A DNA stretch of 64,000 nt from a virus (lineage: Duplodnaviria; Caudoviricetes), in the IMG/VR virus record IMGVR_UViG_3300037067_022526, positions 32,001 to 96,000 of that record; one strand, 5' to 3'. The position numbers and the translations under genes are program-made. Of this stretch, positions 1-12,400 are shown in pieces (the stretch's first letter is position 1; each line of letters starts with the position of its first letter). Under the pieces are notes generated by a model that searched no databases, had not been told where the DNA came from, and saw only the letters and a program-made list of their open reading frames with translations.

Positions 1-5
1 GGGCA

Positions 6-1715
6 ATGTCTAACTGTATACGAAAGAGCCGGGTTTCATCAGATCTTTCTATGCAAGAGATTGTTTTGGGGTGTCTCAAAGAATATCAGGATGGCCAAGA
101 TTACCAAAATACAGAATGGCATGCTAAATATGCCCAAACTGTCAAGGCAGAACCTTTATTGTTTAATGAAGCACACCTGCTGCTTTTGGCGGAAATCGGT
201 AAGCAAAATAACATACCGACACACGTAGAAAATATTAGAAGATTATCGGAATCACTACAAGAGAACGAAATAGACGACTCGGTTATTAGTAAAGTTTTGT
301 CTCATATCGACACTCTTGGGAATTTACTTCAGCAGGAGGTAACTGATACCCGCCCTTTTAAGGTTTCTGCGGCCCTACCAAAAACAGCTAAATGGGATTG
401 GTTACGTAGGCTCAACCCATTTGGAAAGGGTCGTAGCACGCAACAGACAGAGTCTAGCGAAGTGGAGTCTGATGATAAGAAGGCTTTATCAGAGGTTAAC
501 TTAATCCTCGATAAAATTACTTCAATTACACAAATTGGATATCAAACTAAGCACACCATCAATAGGTTGAAGTCGGTAAAAGACTATCTGGCTGGTGTTT
601 CTCAATATAGAAAAAATCAAGGCACTGTATCAGATACAGATAGGATTGTAGCCCGTAGACTATCTAAAGCAATCGGCAATTTGGATCAAAATTCTTGGAC
701 CAAAAATATCAGAATATTGCAAGAGCTAAAATGGTCTACTGAAAACCAAAAAGTTCAATCACCAGCCATCAAAAAGTATCTTAACATATCCCAAAAACTA
801 GCTGATGATCTTTTAAATAATATTGATGTTATTTACGATGAATTGGAAAATATTAACGATACCATGCGGTCATTACGTAAAAGAGAGTCTGTTACTGGCC
901 AGCGTGGATTTGGATATTCGAATCAAGGCGAAGCGACATCGTCTGAAATAGAATCACTTCAGCAAATAGTTGACTATATAAGCCAGAACCCGCTGGACAC
1001 TAGGGCACATACATTAGCGCAGCGGTCCATTGGCAGAATAACCGACCTATTATATGGAGCGGGGGATGAAATTTCTTATCAATCACCCGCGAATATTCGA
1101 GAACAACTTGAAGAGCTTAAGCAAAGCATACAAACGCCGTCGCCCGCACCGGCACCGGCACCGGCCGCATCAGCAACTACACCTGCACCGGCAGCTCAAC
1201 CAAGTGTTTCTGGAGTTCGGGCTCCACCGCCCAAAGTCACCACAGATACTGCCAAGGTAGATATAATTGCAAAACATTTGGCTGGGTTAATATCCGCAAA
1301 AGAGTTTAATGCCGAACAAGTGCAAACAGTTATTATGGCCATTGCTAAGAATTTAGACAAGTCTTCGCCGATTGTGAATATATTAGAACAAGTATCAAAT
1401 AAGTTAGAATCAAGCAGGGAGAAAAATATAACTTCTGTGCAGAAGTCTAAGACAACTGTACCAATTACTACTCCGATTTCAGTTCCTGGACCTAAAAATC
1501 CCACAAGCCCACTTATAGGTCCTGCCGCAGAGATGCCACCTATTGCGCCACCTACAGTTGCTTCTAAAGTCCCGTTTATTATTAGATTGGCCGATGCAAT
1601 TGATCAAGTGGATAGTGAAGTGGCTAATATTATAGATGAATATATCGAAGGACACATTGACGAAATAGACGCTGCAATTAAATTGCCTAATTATAGTGTT
1701 TTAATTAAAGAATAA
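6..1715 (+). CDS. Hypothetical, probable virion/head protein
   Basis: 569-aa ORF with Pro/Ala linkers; C-terminal IRLADAIDQVDSEVANIID resembles the C-terminal motif of ORF 17270; lies upstream of the head genes. Confidence 0.6.
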   Translation: MSNCIRKSRVSSDLSMQEIVLGCLKEYQDGQDYQNTEWHAKYAQTVKAEPLLFNEAHLLLLAEIGKQNNIPTHVENIRRLSESLQENEIDDSVISKVLSHIDTLGNLLQQEVTDTRPFKVSAALPKTAKWDWLRRLNPFGKGRSTQQTESSEVESDDKKALSEVNLILDKITSITQIGYQTKHTINRLKSVKDYLAGVSQYRKNQGTVSDTDRIVARRLSKAIGNLDQNSWTKNIRILQELKWSTENQKVQSPAIKKYLNISQKLADDLLNNIDVIYDELENINDTMRSLRKRESVTGQRGFGYSNQGEATSSEIESLQQIVDYISQNPLDTRAHTLAQRSIGRITDLLYGAGDEISYQSPANIREQLEELKQSIQTPSPAPAPAPAASATTPAPAAQPSVSGVRAPPPKVTTDTAKVDIIAKHLAGLISAKEFNAEQVQTVIMAIAKNLDKSSPIVNILEQVSNKLESSREKNITSVQKSKTTVPITTPISVPGPKNPTSPLIGPAAEMPPIAPPTVASKVPFIIRLADAIDQVDSEVANIIDEYIEGHIDEIDAAIKLPNYSVLIKE

Positions 1716-1853
1716 AAAGGTTATGTTGAAAATTTATGTCAATATATTAAAGACTAGTAAATGCGAAATGGTGTATTCGCATAAAAAATATGTTTCCCCA
1801 AAGGGCAATTGCTCTCCCTTGAAGGAATTACAATTGGTTAATAGGAGAAAATC

Positions 1854-2555
1854 ATGAAATTTATTAGCAACAGAATTGTCAATCCAGCTGGCAACAGCCC
1901 GTCATTCGACGATTGGGTAAAACAATTCCTAAAAGAAGCCAGCGACAAGACTGCTGGTCGCGAAGCCGCACCTGAACAGGACGGCGATTCTAGAGGGCAG
2001 GGTCGTGGTCAAGTTATCAACACCGAAGGTGAGGAGGATATGACCAATAATCCTGAATGCCCCGAAGAAGAAATAAGTGCCAGAAAAGATACTGGTGGCA
2101 CTACAGACCAGAAAAAGGAAAAGAAAGAAGCCAGCTGTGGCAAAGAAATGGGCGAAAGCGACGATGCGGGCAAGGTAACCGAGGATCACACCGAGGCCAG
2201 TCCTGGCGATGACGCAAATCCAGAACCAAAAGTTCTAATCAACAATGATCCCAATTATCAGAAGGGCGAATCAGTTGATGGCAAAAAGAACAAGAAAGAA
2301 AAGAAGACAGAATCGAATCTCAAAGTTAGATTCCAAAAAATAGCTACTATGGATCGCATTAGCAAGCTGGTTCTTTTCGCATCCTTATCATCCAACAAAG
2401 AATATCTGATTGGCACAACGCCACTTGGATACGTCGAGGCGATGACTGGATTAAAATTTGCCAACATGACTTCTGAGGAAAAAGAGTGGTTCAAAGATTT
2501 TTGGCTTACCATGTATCCCGCAGAATATGTCGAGCAAATGGTCAAAGATCGATAA
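1854..2555 (+). CDS. Hypothetical acidic protein, probable head component
   Basis: AGGAG RBS; KEAS, KTAG and KIAT motifs. Confidence 0.65.
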   Translation: MKFISNRIVNPAGNSPSFDDWVKQFLKEASDKTAGREAAPEQDGDSRGQGRGQVINTEGEEDMTNNPECPEEEISARKDTGGTTDQKKEKKEASCGKEMGESDDAGKVTEDHTEASPGDDANPEPKVLINNDPNYQKGESVDGKKNKKEKKTESNLKVRFQKIATMDRISKLVLFASLSSNKEYLIGTTPLGYVEAMTGLKFANMTSEEKEWFKDFWLTMYPAEYVEQMVKDR

Positions 2556-2573
2556 ATAACGAGGATTAAAATC

Positions 2574-2981
2574 ATGATTATTCCCGCAGGGAAACATAAA
2601 CACCAAGTTAATCAGGGTGGTCGCAAAAATGAGACCATTATGGACAGTGACATATTTAGTAAATTGGCAGCCGAACTTGGAGCTGTCAAAGATCCAATAG
2701 ACAAACCAGAGGTATCCATAGAAAATCCACAACCAGAACGACCTGACCCATCTGGCTCATCTGACCCATCGATACAAAATGCCGTCGAACAAGGCACTTT
2801 GGCACAGAATGCGCCGCCGAAGCCAGCAGAATCACCTAAATTAGACTGGAAAACTGTTGCGGCCCAAGTCGAAGATTTCGTACAAAAAATTTCAAATGGC
2901 ACTCTTGAGGTAAAAGACCAAAAAAGAGGGCCCGATGGCACATGGACTATAACATTCGGACCAATAGGAGTGGCAAGATAA
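2574..2981 (+). CDS. Hypothetical protein
   Basis: GAGG RBS; its TAA overlaps the next ATG (TAATG). Confidence 0.55.
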   Translation: MIIPAGKHKHQVNQGGRKNETIMDSDIFSKLAAELGAVKDPIDKPEVSIENPQPERPDPSGSSDPSIQNAVEQGTLAQNAPPKPAESPKLDWKTVAAQVEDFVQKISNGTLEVKDQKRGPDGTWTITFGPIGVAR

Positions 2982-3979
2982 TGAAGCTGTCAGGACATTC
3001 ATATAGCAATGACGTATTCGACAGTCTTATGGATAACATTCAAAGTGACGTTATTTATAAAACAAATAAAGTGAGTTCATCAGATTCCCCAATCTCAAGC
3101 ATGGACGTATTTTCTTCCATTACTGAGAACGATTTGCAAGAGATACGGGAAGATATGCGAGGGGATATTATAAACGAACTGCAATTTGCTGCAGATAAAG
3201 CAAACGTTGTCATAGCAAAAGATGATGTCGTTAGGTTTGCAAAAGATGCAGAAAAAGATGGACTAAGAGGCAAAGAGCTTGAACGTGCAGCCCAAAAATT
3301 CTGTAATAAGATTTCCAGCGCAATTGCTCCACCACAAAGTTCATCCCGCAATTCGTCTGAATTACTGCTTACTGCTAATAACTCAGCAGTTATACCTGCC
3401 GGTTACAATCCAGAGCACGGACCCAGTGATTCTAAAACTGGCGGTTATATGGGTATGTCTCAGAATCCTAATACAATTTGGGACTCTGACGCATTAGATA
3501 TTCTTGCACAGAAACAAGCAGGCGATGAACAAATAAAAGAGTCCAAGAAAAATATGGAAGAATTTAAGAAATCTCAGAAAGAGCAGTATTGGGATGAAAT
3601 TCAAAAGCAGGGATCCGATGCTAATGTACTAAAAGAAAAAGTAGCGTCGGTTGCTAATGTTTCAACGTCCGAATCCAGCGCTGGGAACCAGAATCTTCCG
3701 TCCAATTCTATGAGTATTTTTAGTAATGATAGGGATTTTTCCAATATACCAGATTCTACAACGGGTGAATCGATCAAGAAGTCAGCACAGGAAAGAGCCA
3801 ACAAAAAAGAGGCATCTAAATCTGAATGGAATAAAGTTGAACCTGCCAAAAAGGTTGACAATCTCGGCATATTAGATACTCCAGAATCAAAGAATACTAT
3901 TAAAAAGAACAGCCATAGAGAATCTGTTGACCAACTTTTTGAGGGGCTTCTTGAAGCCGGATTCAATCCAGAGAGCTAA
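2981..3979 (+). CDS. Hypothetical protein (start reassigned to ATG 2981)
   Basis: AGGAG about 10 nt upstream and TAATG coupling to the previous ORF. Confidence 0.65.
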   Translation: MKLSGHSYSNDVFDSLMDNIQSDVIYKTNKVSSSDSPISSMDVFSSITENDLQEIREDMRGDIINELQFAADKANVVIAKDDVVRFAKDAEKDGLRGKELERAAQKFCNKISSAIAPPQSSSRNSSELLLTANNSAVIPAGYNPEHGPSDSKTGGYMGMSQNPNTIWDSDALDILAQKQAGDEQIKESKKNMEEFKKSQKEQYWDEIQKQGSDANVLKEKVASVANVSTSESSAGNQNLPSNSMSIFSNDRDFSNIPDSTTGESIKKSAQERANKKEASKSEWNKVEPAKKVDNLGILDTPESKNTIKKNSHRESVDQLFEGLLEAGFNPES

Positions 3980-6233
3980 ACGTGTGTTTAATTTGGCAAA
4001 AATTTCAGCTGTCACTCCTGACAATGCTGCCAGAGAAGTAAGAGATGCATTAGACGATACTGAAGATACGCTTAGAAATCAGCAGAATGCCGAAAATGCC
4101 GCAAGTACCAATGATATTGAAAATTCAATTGGTCCCGAAGAACGAGCCACTTTAGATCAATATAGAATTTCTAATTTAGTCAAATCAATTCAACAAATTC
4201 TCTCAGACGATAAATACAGAACAATATCTGCTGCTGTGTATGCAAGGCCAGAGATACAATCTCTTATTGAGTACCAAAATCCCACGGTATTATTGGATAA
4301 AATTAAATCTATGGGGTTGGAAGGTGCAGCAGCAACTCTTGATGCAAGATCTAACGCCCTTGTGCAGCCCCAATTATTGAAAGCTTATTTTGATAGAATG
4401 GCCAGAATACTTGAACGACAAAATCGCAATTTACCTCCGGGCACCATGACTGGGTCTCCCACAGTACAGGGTCTGCCCGCACGAGCATTTAATGCAAAAG
4501 AAATAAGGAGGGGGCAGGTGGAGGCCCCAGATCCGGTGAATGAATTAGACAAGGGAATGTTTATTACGAAGTACCTCCCGATTTTGATTGCCTATAATGC
4601 TAATGATGCAAATAGTCAAGAAAGTATTTTATCAAATGAGGCAAAAAAGGAAATTTTAAGAAAGGTCAGTCGTGGGCTGGAAAATGATGCAAACGATGCA
4701 ATTGAAGCCGTACAACAAATGGACCCAATTAATGACGCTGAAAAGGCCAGAAATCGATTAGAAATATTATATGAAGTATTTATCGCACCGGCCGCTTTTG
4801 ACCCATCAAATACTATGGAGCCTGTAATGAGCACAAAAAATCCAAAAGGTATCATAGCTTTTAACCTTTCAGAATACATTCTGAATAACAAAGCAGAGAC
4901 AAGAGAAACGATGGTAAAAACTGCCGCTGATCAATTCGGGCAGCAATATTTGCTATATGGCCCAACAGAAAAACGTGTTTGTCCCAAGCTTAGAGGCAAA
5001 GGTGGTGGTCAACCTGGAAGCGGTGATGTTGTTTCAGAATATGTCTGTAGACATCACTGTTTAGATGGTATAGTTATTGATGACAATAAAACTATTTGTG
5101 GTGAAGCTCTTTGGCGCGCTAATGTGATGGACAAATATTCCCGCGAATATGTGGACAAGGATGGCAATATAGTTGGCGGATACTTGAATAAGAGATTTGA
5201 AATCAATCGCAATGTACCGGAAGAAAACAAAATGCGATTAAAGCCCGGCGAGATAAGAAAACCGCGTCCACCAGAGATGGGCAACTTGGAATCTCGTATG
5301 CAGGCAATGCGTGCAGCCGAAGGTAAAAAGCGTGGGTATCGTCCAGACACAAACACTGGAGACCCCTTCCGATGGGACACCGATGTAGACCAGAACAATG
5401 TCGAACAAACCCAAGCAGAAAGAGACCGAAGAGAAGAAGCCAGCGGACATAAAACAGTTCAATATACTGATAAGAATAAAATAGAAAATAATCCCAAGAA
5501 AGCGTTTAATCTAAAATCCGTTAAAACTGCCCAAACATTTGAAGATATCAAGTATGATTTTACATCTGGGCAAGAGAAAGCTCGGCAAATGAGTACTGAA
5601 GAATTGCATTTTGCTCTGAAAGATTTAAGAGAAGTAATTAAAATACAAGAAGACGCTCGTCGTGCGGGACATCATGTGCCTAAATTGGGGTATTATTGGG
5701 ACGAACTTCATACTTATGCTCAAGAATTAAAAAACAGACAAAATGCCAATAAATCAAAACAACCTTTAGTGGAACGAACTCCAGAACAAGATGAGTTTGA
5801 ATCGATGTTTGAACCTGAATCTAAATCTAAATCTAAATCAATGCCAACCGACGTAGTTCCCGGTTCTGGTGAAAAACCTAAACCAATGCCATATGGCGGC
5901 GAGCCATATACTGATGAAGAAATGGGACTAGACCAATATACTAAAGACCCATTTGGATATGAACTTTGGGAATGTCCTCGATGTGGAAATACAATAAGCG
6001 AAAAAGATACTAATAAGCACGGGAAAATATTTGATGAGGAGATAGATCTCCATAAATCAAATTGTGGTGATTACGAAGGCCCAATTAACGAACAAGACAG
6101 ATTTAATTTAAGACCAGATTTATATGAACAGCACGAATCGTCTAATAAAACTCCGGTCAAAACTTCTTTTAATCTCAAAGAAGCCAAATCCACCAAGATG
6201 GATAAATTATTAAATATTAAAAAAAAAATTTAG
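3927..6233 (+). CDS. Hypothetical virion protein with repeated xFNLK/KTAQ motifs; probable -1 frameshift extension to 6469
   Basis: 768-aa ORF (start uncertain) ending at an A10 run; the -1 frame stays open for 80 codons. Confidence 0.7.
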   Translation: MTNFLRGFLKPDSIQRAKRVFNLAKISAVTPDNAAREVRDALDDTEDTLRNQQNAENAASTNDIENSIGPEERATLDQYRISNLVKSIQQILSDDKYRTISAAVYARPEIQSLIEYQNPTVLLDKIKSMGLEGAAATLDARSNALVQPQLLKAYFDRMARILERQNRNLPPGTMTGSPTVQGLPARAFNAKEIRRGQVEAPDPVNELDKGMFITKYLPILIAYNANDANSQESILSNEAKKEILRKVSRGLENDANDAIEAVQQMDPINDAEKARNRLEILYEVFIAPAAFDPSNTMEPVMSTKNPKGIIAFNLSEYILNNKAETRETMVKTAADQFGQQYLLYGPTEKRVCPKLRGKGGGQPGSGDVVSEYVCRHHCLDGIVIDDNKTICGEALWRANVMDKYSREYVDKDGNIVGGYLNKRFEINRNVPEENKMRLKPGEIRKPRPPEMGNLESRMQAMRAAEGKKRGYRPDTNTGDPFRWDTDVDQNNVEQTQAERDRREEASGHKTVQYTDKNKIENNPKKAFNLKSVKTAQTFEDIKYDFTSGQEKARQMSTEELHFALKDLREVIKIQEDARRAGHHVPKLGYYWDELHTYAQELKNRQNANKSKQPLVERTPEQDEFESMFEPESKSKSKSMPTDVVPGSGEKPKPMPYGGEPYTDEEMGLDQYTKDPFGYELWECPRCGNTISEKDTNKHGKIFDEEIDLHKSNCGDYEGPINEQDRFNLRPDLYEQHESSNKTPVKTSFNLKEAKSTKMDKLLNIKKKI

Positions 6234-6490
6234 TAAGTAGTCGAGTCAATTCTCTCAAAAATAGCACAATAAAAATTGCTGCTAGTTCTAATTTATTAGC
6301 TTTGTTCAATGGCGACGAAGAAGCACTCGAAGATTTTATTGAGTGCCTAAATCCTAAAGAATTAAGTATAATACAGAGGATTCAAGATGGAGACGCAGAT
6401 CAGCTACGCGTATTCGTAATGCAAATTCAACAAGATGTTGATGAGACTGCTAAATCGTTAGCTATGTAATAAATTGAAAATGAGGTAAAA

Positions 6491-9400
6491 ATGGGAAATA
6501 TTATACTGCCCGATGACCCAAACTGGAAGCAACCATTAATTATGGGAGACCCATTCGAACAAGGTCTCACTCCTAAATCGGCCCAAGAAAAAAGAAATAA
6601 AGAATTTGATAAACAGCGTGAATCTGAGGGAAATGTTTTTAAGTATGCGAATAGTGCAGTAGCACATCATCCTGAACCCTGGTTGAAAAATGCCCAAGTA
6701 ACTGGCGTGTCAAATATGATGACGAACCCAATGTGGTTCTCACCACTGCATACACCTCAGAATTGGCAAATAGCGAGCAAGAGACGTGAAATTTACCAAT
6801 GGAGCTACGTGACCAGTGACAAAAACCCTTGTTATTTGGTTAATTATGGGGATTTTTCCTTAGACGACATAAAAAATGTATATACAAAATGGCAGAATAA
6901 TTTTGCGGATAGAGGTAAAATGTATATACAAAATGACAAAGGCAAGAAGGCGAAGCCCGACATTTGCACTAAGCGATATGTTGAGAAAAAAGCCAATCGT
7001 ATAAAAGTATTAGGCAATCCTCATCCCATCGAAGTAACTCATGACCATAAATGTATAGTTATTAAACGAGAGGATGTAAAATGCCCAAAGGGCATTAGCA
7101 GATCCAAAAATTGTATTTTTCAAGCATGTTCTCCGACCTGCGAAAGAGTCAAATGCAAAGACTACGAGAATAAAAACTATAATATCTCTACCATTAATGC
7201 CGAGGATGTCAAGAAAGGCGACTATGTATTATGTCCATTTCCAACCGAAGTTAAAGAAAGCATTATAAAAACTAAAGAACAAGCTCGATTTGCTGGACAT
7301 TTAGCATCAGACGGATGGATATCTCAAAATAATTTTCCGATAACCAATGTTTGTATGCATCCGGATGAAACTGAATACGTTTTGTCATCTGTATCTCCAG
7401 TTTTTGAGTCTTTTGGTGCTGTTGTAAAACAAGAGTCTTTTGGAAATAATAAAGTAGTAGTTGTCAGAAGCGGGAAAAAATCCTTGCATGAATATAGCAG
7501 TAAATTAGTTAAAGGCAAAAACACGGATAAACATTTTACTGAAGAAGTAATGCTTTTAAACCCAGAACTACAAAAACACGTTTTAGGGGCTTATATACAA
7601 TCAGACGGATCATTTAATAAAACAATAGAACAAATAGAAATAACAACTGTTTCTAAACATTTGGCATATCAATTGCAGATAATGTGCTATCGTAATAAAA
7701 TCCTGGCATTTTGTAGTAAACAACCACGTAGACAAGGAAAAGGGTCGTTTAAAACAACAAATCTGGAATATTATATAGTTAGCATTCCCAAGACATTTGT
7801 ATATACATTACAAGATTATGTTCCAGGTAAAATTCCGGAACGTATATACAAACCTCAGCAAAAGTTAGGTGGTAGTTCGGGTGTTAATTTTATCAAAAAT
7901 GGGAAAAATATCAGTAGAATCTATAATAGATTCTTTTGGAAAAATTATGTCGTAACCCCTGTGGTATCAAACACTTCATTTGACTATAAAGGTGATGTAT
8001 ATGATATAAGGGTACCACCTACTCACGCAATAACCGCCAACGGCATAGCTATTCATCAATGTAGGTTTTTCTACGATTGTTTCACTCCGGATAATTTAGT
8101 TTTAATGGCAAATGGAACCGAAAAATCGATTAGCCAAATTGTTCCAGGAGATATGATCGTAGCCGGTGACGGAAGCATACAGCAAGTAAATAATGTTTTC
8201 AGAAGATGGACTAAAGAAAAAGTTCTTAGTATTCATGTTGCCGGGTCGAATATTCCAATTAAATGTACGACTAATCATAGAATTCCACGAGTATCTAAAG
8301 AATCATGGCAACAAAGTTGTGAAACAACCCCATCCGAGCGAAGAAAACGAGAAAGAAAAGAATCATTTGGAGAAACATCGCTAGAAGAAACATTCGATTC
8401 AGCCGACACTTTGTCCACAAGTTCGTATCTTTTTACTCCGCAATCTTCAATTGGAACTGGAATGGGTTGGGATTTACGAAAATGCTATCTATTAGGTGCT
8501 TTCACTGCAGAAGGAAGTTATTTTTATTACAATTATAAACCTACAAATAAACACACTCCAAAAGGTGTAAGATTTTCCATAAATTCAAATGAGATAGGTG
8601 ATGAAAATAAATTTGGAAATAGAATACAAAATTATTTATCAATCTTCCAAAATCATAAAGTTAGTACAACATATAACGGAAATTGTGCCGAAATAAGAGC
8701 TACTGATAAAAATCTAGCAAATGAAATAATGGAGTTTTGTGGGCATGGAGCAACCCAAAAAAGCATAACTGGTCAATTCATATCACAAGCAAACAAGGAA
8801 GAACTGCTTTCATTTTTAGCTGGATTTATTGATGGAGATGGTTGTTATAGTACTACTATGGGATGTCAGATCATTACTCATAGTGATGATCTGGCATCAC
8901 AAATTGCTTTTATCTGTGAGAAATTGGGTATTACATTTTCGACAACAACCACTAACAATATTAGAAAAAATAATAACTTTAAGGGACACAATATACGTAT
9001 TTCTCGATTCGCATGTGAAATCTTAAAGCCTTATTCGGTTAAAATTAATAATTTAGACACAAATCATACTAAATTTAGAGAATATCTGTTTATCAATAAC
9101 AAGTTGTATCGAAAAGTTAATAAGATATCTGAGTCAACCTATGAGGGGTGGGTATATGATTTGGAAATTGATAAAGTCCATAGTTATTGCGTAAACAGAT
9201 GTGTTGTTCATAATTCGGAGCCGAAGGTCGCTGCTGCAATAGACTTCTACTGCTTTACTCCTGATACTCAAATACTAATGTCCGATGGAACTCAAAAGTC
9301 TATTTCTTCTATTATGCCTGGTGAAATAGTGCGATCACATACTGGAAAAGCGAATAAAGTATTGAGAACTTTTAGCAGGCAATCCAGTGAAGATATTTTA

Positions 9401-12400
9401 AAAATTACTTATGCCGGTGTATTGTGTGGGAAGTTGAAACTTACACTTGGACATAAGGTCTTAACAGAAAAGAATGGTGAAATTAAATACGTTCAAGCTC
9501 AGGAATTACAAGTGGGTGATTATCTTCTTACTCCTTGTGGTTATGATGCTGAAGGTGAATGGGAAAATGGATTAGTTGATGATTTTGCATATCTTGTAGG
9601 TGTATACGCAGCAGAAGGCTGTGGTATGCCGTATGAACACATATCAAATAGAGGAAGAATTATAAGTTATTATAAGGGCGTTAAATTTGCCATATCACAA
9701 GAAGAACAGAGTTTTTGTGATACCATTGTGGAAAAAATAAAGATACTTTATGGTGATTGTAAGATTTCTTTAGTACCGGATAAAAATTCTAAAAAATTAG
9801 AAATTCGAGTATATGGCAGATCAATTGCAGATGATTTAATAGGTATTTGTCCAGGCACATCGAGTGATGGCACAAAAAGAATAATTCCACACATTATAAA
9901 AAACTGGAATGCCCGTCAAATGGCATCTTTCGTTTCTGGATTTTATGATGGCGATGGCTGTTATCAAAATAATGCTCCCACAGTTGGACTGGGTGTTTGC
10001 AAGCGATTACTTGAACAAGTAGCTAATATACTTGACAGGTTAGGCATAGAATATACATTTGCGAAAAGAAGACCGACTGGATTGGGAAGACAACAAGTTT
10101 ATATTGTGAGTATTCCTCGACGAGAAATGCCAAAGTTTACACACTTGTCAGCCAAAAAGATCATCTGGAACTCATATAATCAGCATTTCCGCCGCAATTG
10201 GTCAATATTCAAAAAAGGCAAGTATGTATATAGAGCGATAATAAAAATAGAGCAATCTCCATATGATGGTGCTCTGTATGATATGGAAGTTGAGAATGAC
10301 CACTCATATGTGGTAAACAGGATAAGCGTATCCAATAGTCGCTTTCCCATGAATGGCTTCAAACTTGAATGTAAAGATCCTAAAATACTCAAGTTTTTCG
10401 AGCATAAAGCAGCTAAGCGCCTAAGCCTTAACGAAAACTGCAAAATGATATCCAGTGAATGTCACATGCTGGGCGATGTATTCATACACATGGACGTTGA
10501 ATGTCCAGTGTGCCAAGGTATTGGGGTTAACCCAGATTCCGGTGAAATTTGCAACCATCCCGGAGGTAACTTTAAAAAGATGCGCATACTCAATCCAGAT
10601 TGGATTGAAGTGCAACAAAACATTATGGCAGATGAGCCAAGTATAGTTTTCGTACCCGACGAAGAGCTTAAACGTATAGTATTCTATAAACAACCTAAAA
10701 ACATATATGACAGAATACCTAATGCAATTAAATCTCTGGTGTTACAAAACAAACCTATCCCATTAAGCAACAGAACAACATCGCATTTGAAATATATGCC
10801 TGTGCCTTATGGCACTTATGGCACATCACTGATCAGAAGATTGTTCACTACTCTAGCTTATAAGACTAAAATTATGACTGCTAACTGGATAGTCGCCGAG
10901 CGATTGATTCTGCCAGTTCGTGTTGTGCAAATAGGTAGCGATGATAGACCAGCAACAAGTGCTGACATAGCCGATGTCCAGCAGCAATTAGCTGCAACTG
11001 CTAATGACCCTAATTTAACCATTGTGACCCACCATAACTTCAAGTACGAGTGGTACGGCGCTTGTCATGATGATCAGACAGAAGTTCTAACTGATACTGG
11101 ATTCAAGACTTATGACCAAGTTGATATCACAAAAGACAAGATTTGTATATACAATCTAGAAGAAAATAAGACAGAATGTATATACGCCACAGATAAATAT
11201 GTCTACGACTATGATGGTGAGATGATCCATTTCCACAATAGAAGACTAGATATATTAGTTACTCCAAATCATAAAATGCTATATCGATGGAGTAATAAAG
11301 ATTCATGGAAAACTGAGGAAGCATCTGAACTAAAATGTTCTACCAGATTGCTTGGAGCAGCAAAATTTGAGGGGTTTATTAAATCTGGTGGATCTATTTA
11401 TGCAAAAGAGGATAAGTATTACGTAAGAATAGGTGACAGCAGTATTGAATTGAGCAAATTCTGTAAATTTATTGGATATTACCTGTCAGAAGGAACATTG
11501 AATAACAAAAAGAGTAATTATCATGTAGCAATTTACCAGAATACCTCTAAAGAGTGCTTCTCTGATATCGAAGACACTATGAGTGATATGGGGTTCCATG
11601 TTACTGAGTATGCGGATAATCGAAATCCTGATGATTGCAGATTTATTATATCAAATAAGGAATTGGTAACATTTATTAATGAGCATTTTAAACATGGTTC
11701 ATTGAATAAAACCATTCCTAATTGGATTAAAAATTTGCCGCGGAATTATTTAAAGTTGATATTTAATTCTATGATTAATGGTGATGGATATAGGCATCCA
11801 ACTGTTAATACTGAGAGCTTTACTTATACGACTGTTTCTAAGTCTTTGGCTGATGATATACAAGAAATTGCTTTTAAGTGCGGTTATTCTACCTGCATTC
11901 GTAAAGCAAAGAAACCTGATTATAAATCATTCGGTAAAAATACAATATACAGAGTCCACATAAGCATGGGTAAATTCTCTAATGGCAGTTATCCAATTGT
12001 ACGAGAAAAAGATATTACCAGAGTTCCATATAAAGGTAAAGTATGGTGTTTCACAGTTCCTACTGGATTCTTTGTGACTCGCCGTAATGGTAAAATCACT
12101 ATCCAGGGTAACAGCGGCAAAATATTGCAAATAACTCAGGAAATGGAGTATATAGGTAAAGAAATACTCGACGGATTTATGCTAAACCAGTCACTACTGA
12201 ATGGGGAGATGTGTATTCCCGAAACTGACAAGATGTTAACAAAATCTGGATTAAAAAATCTTAATCAAATAGACAAAGATGATGAGATTGCGACATTCAA
12301 TAAAGAAACAGGGATGTTGGAATATCAAAAACCAACCGAGATTCATGTATACGACTGGAATGATGATCTGATTCATTTCCGGACCGATCGTATTGATTTT

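Noticed and set aside
1790-1812. ATGTTTCCCCAAAGGGCAATTGC as a further solitary repeat
   Set aside because: Too short and too diverged to support
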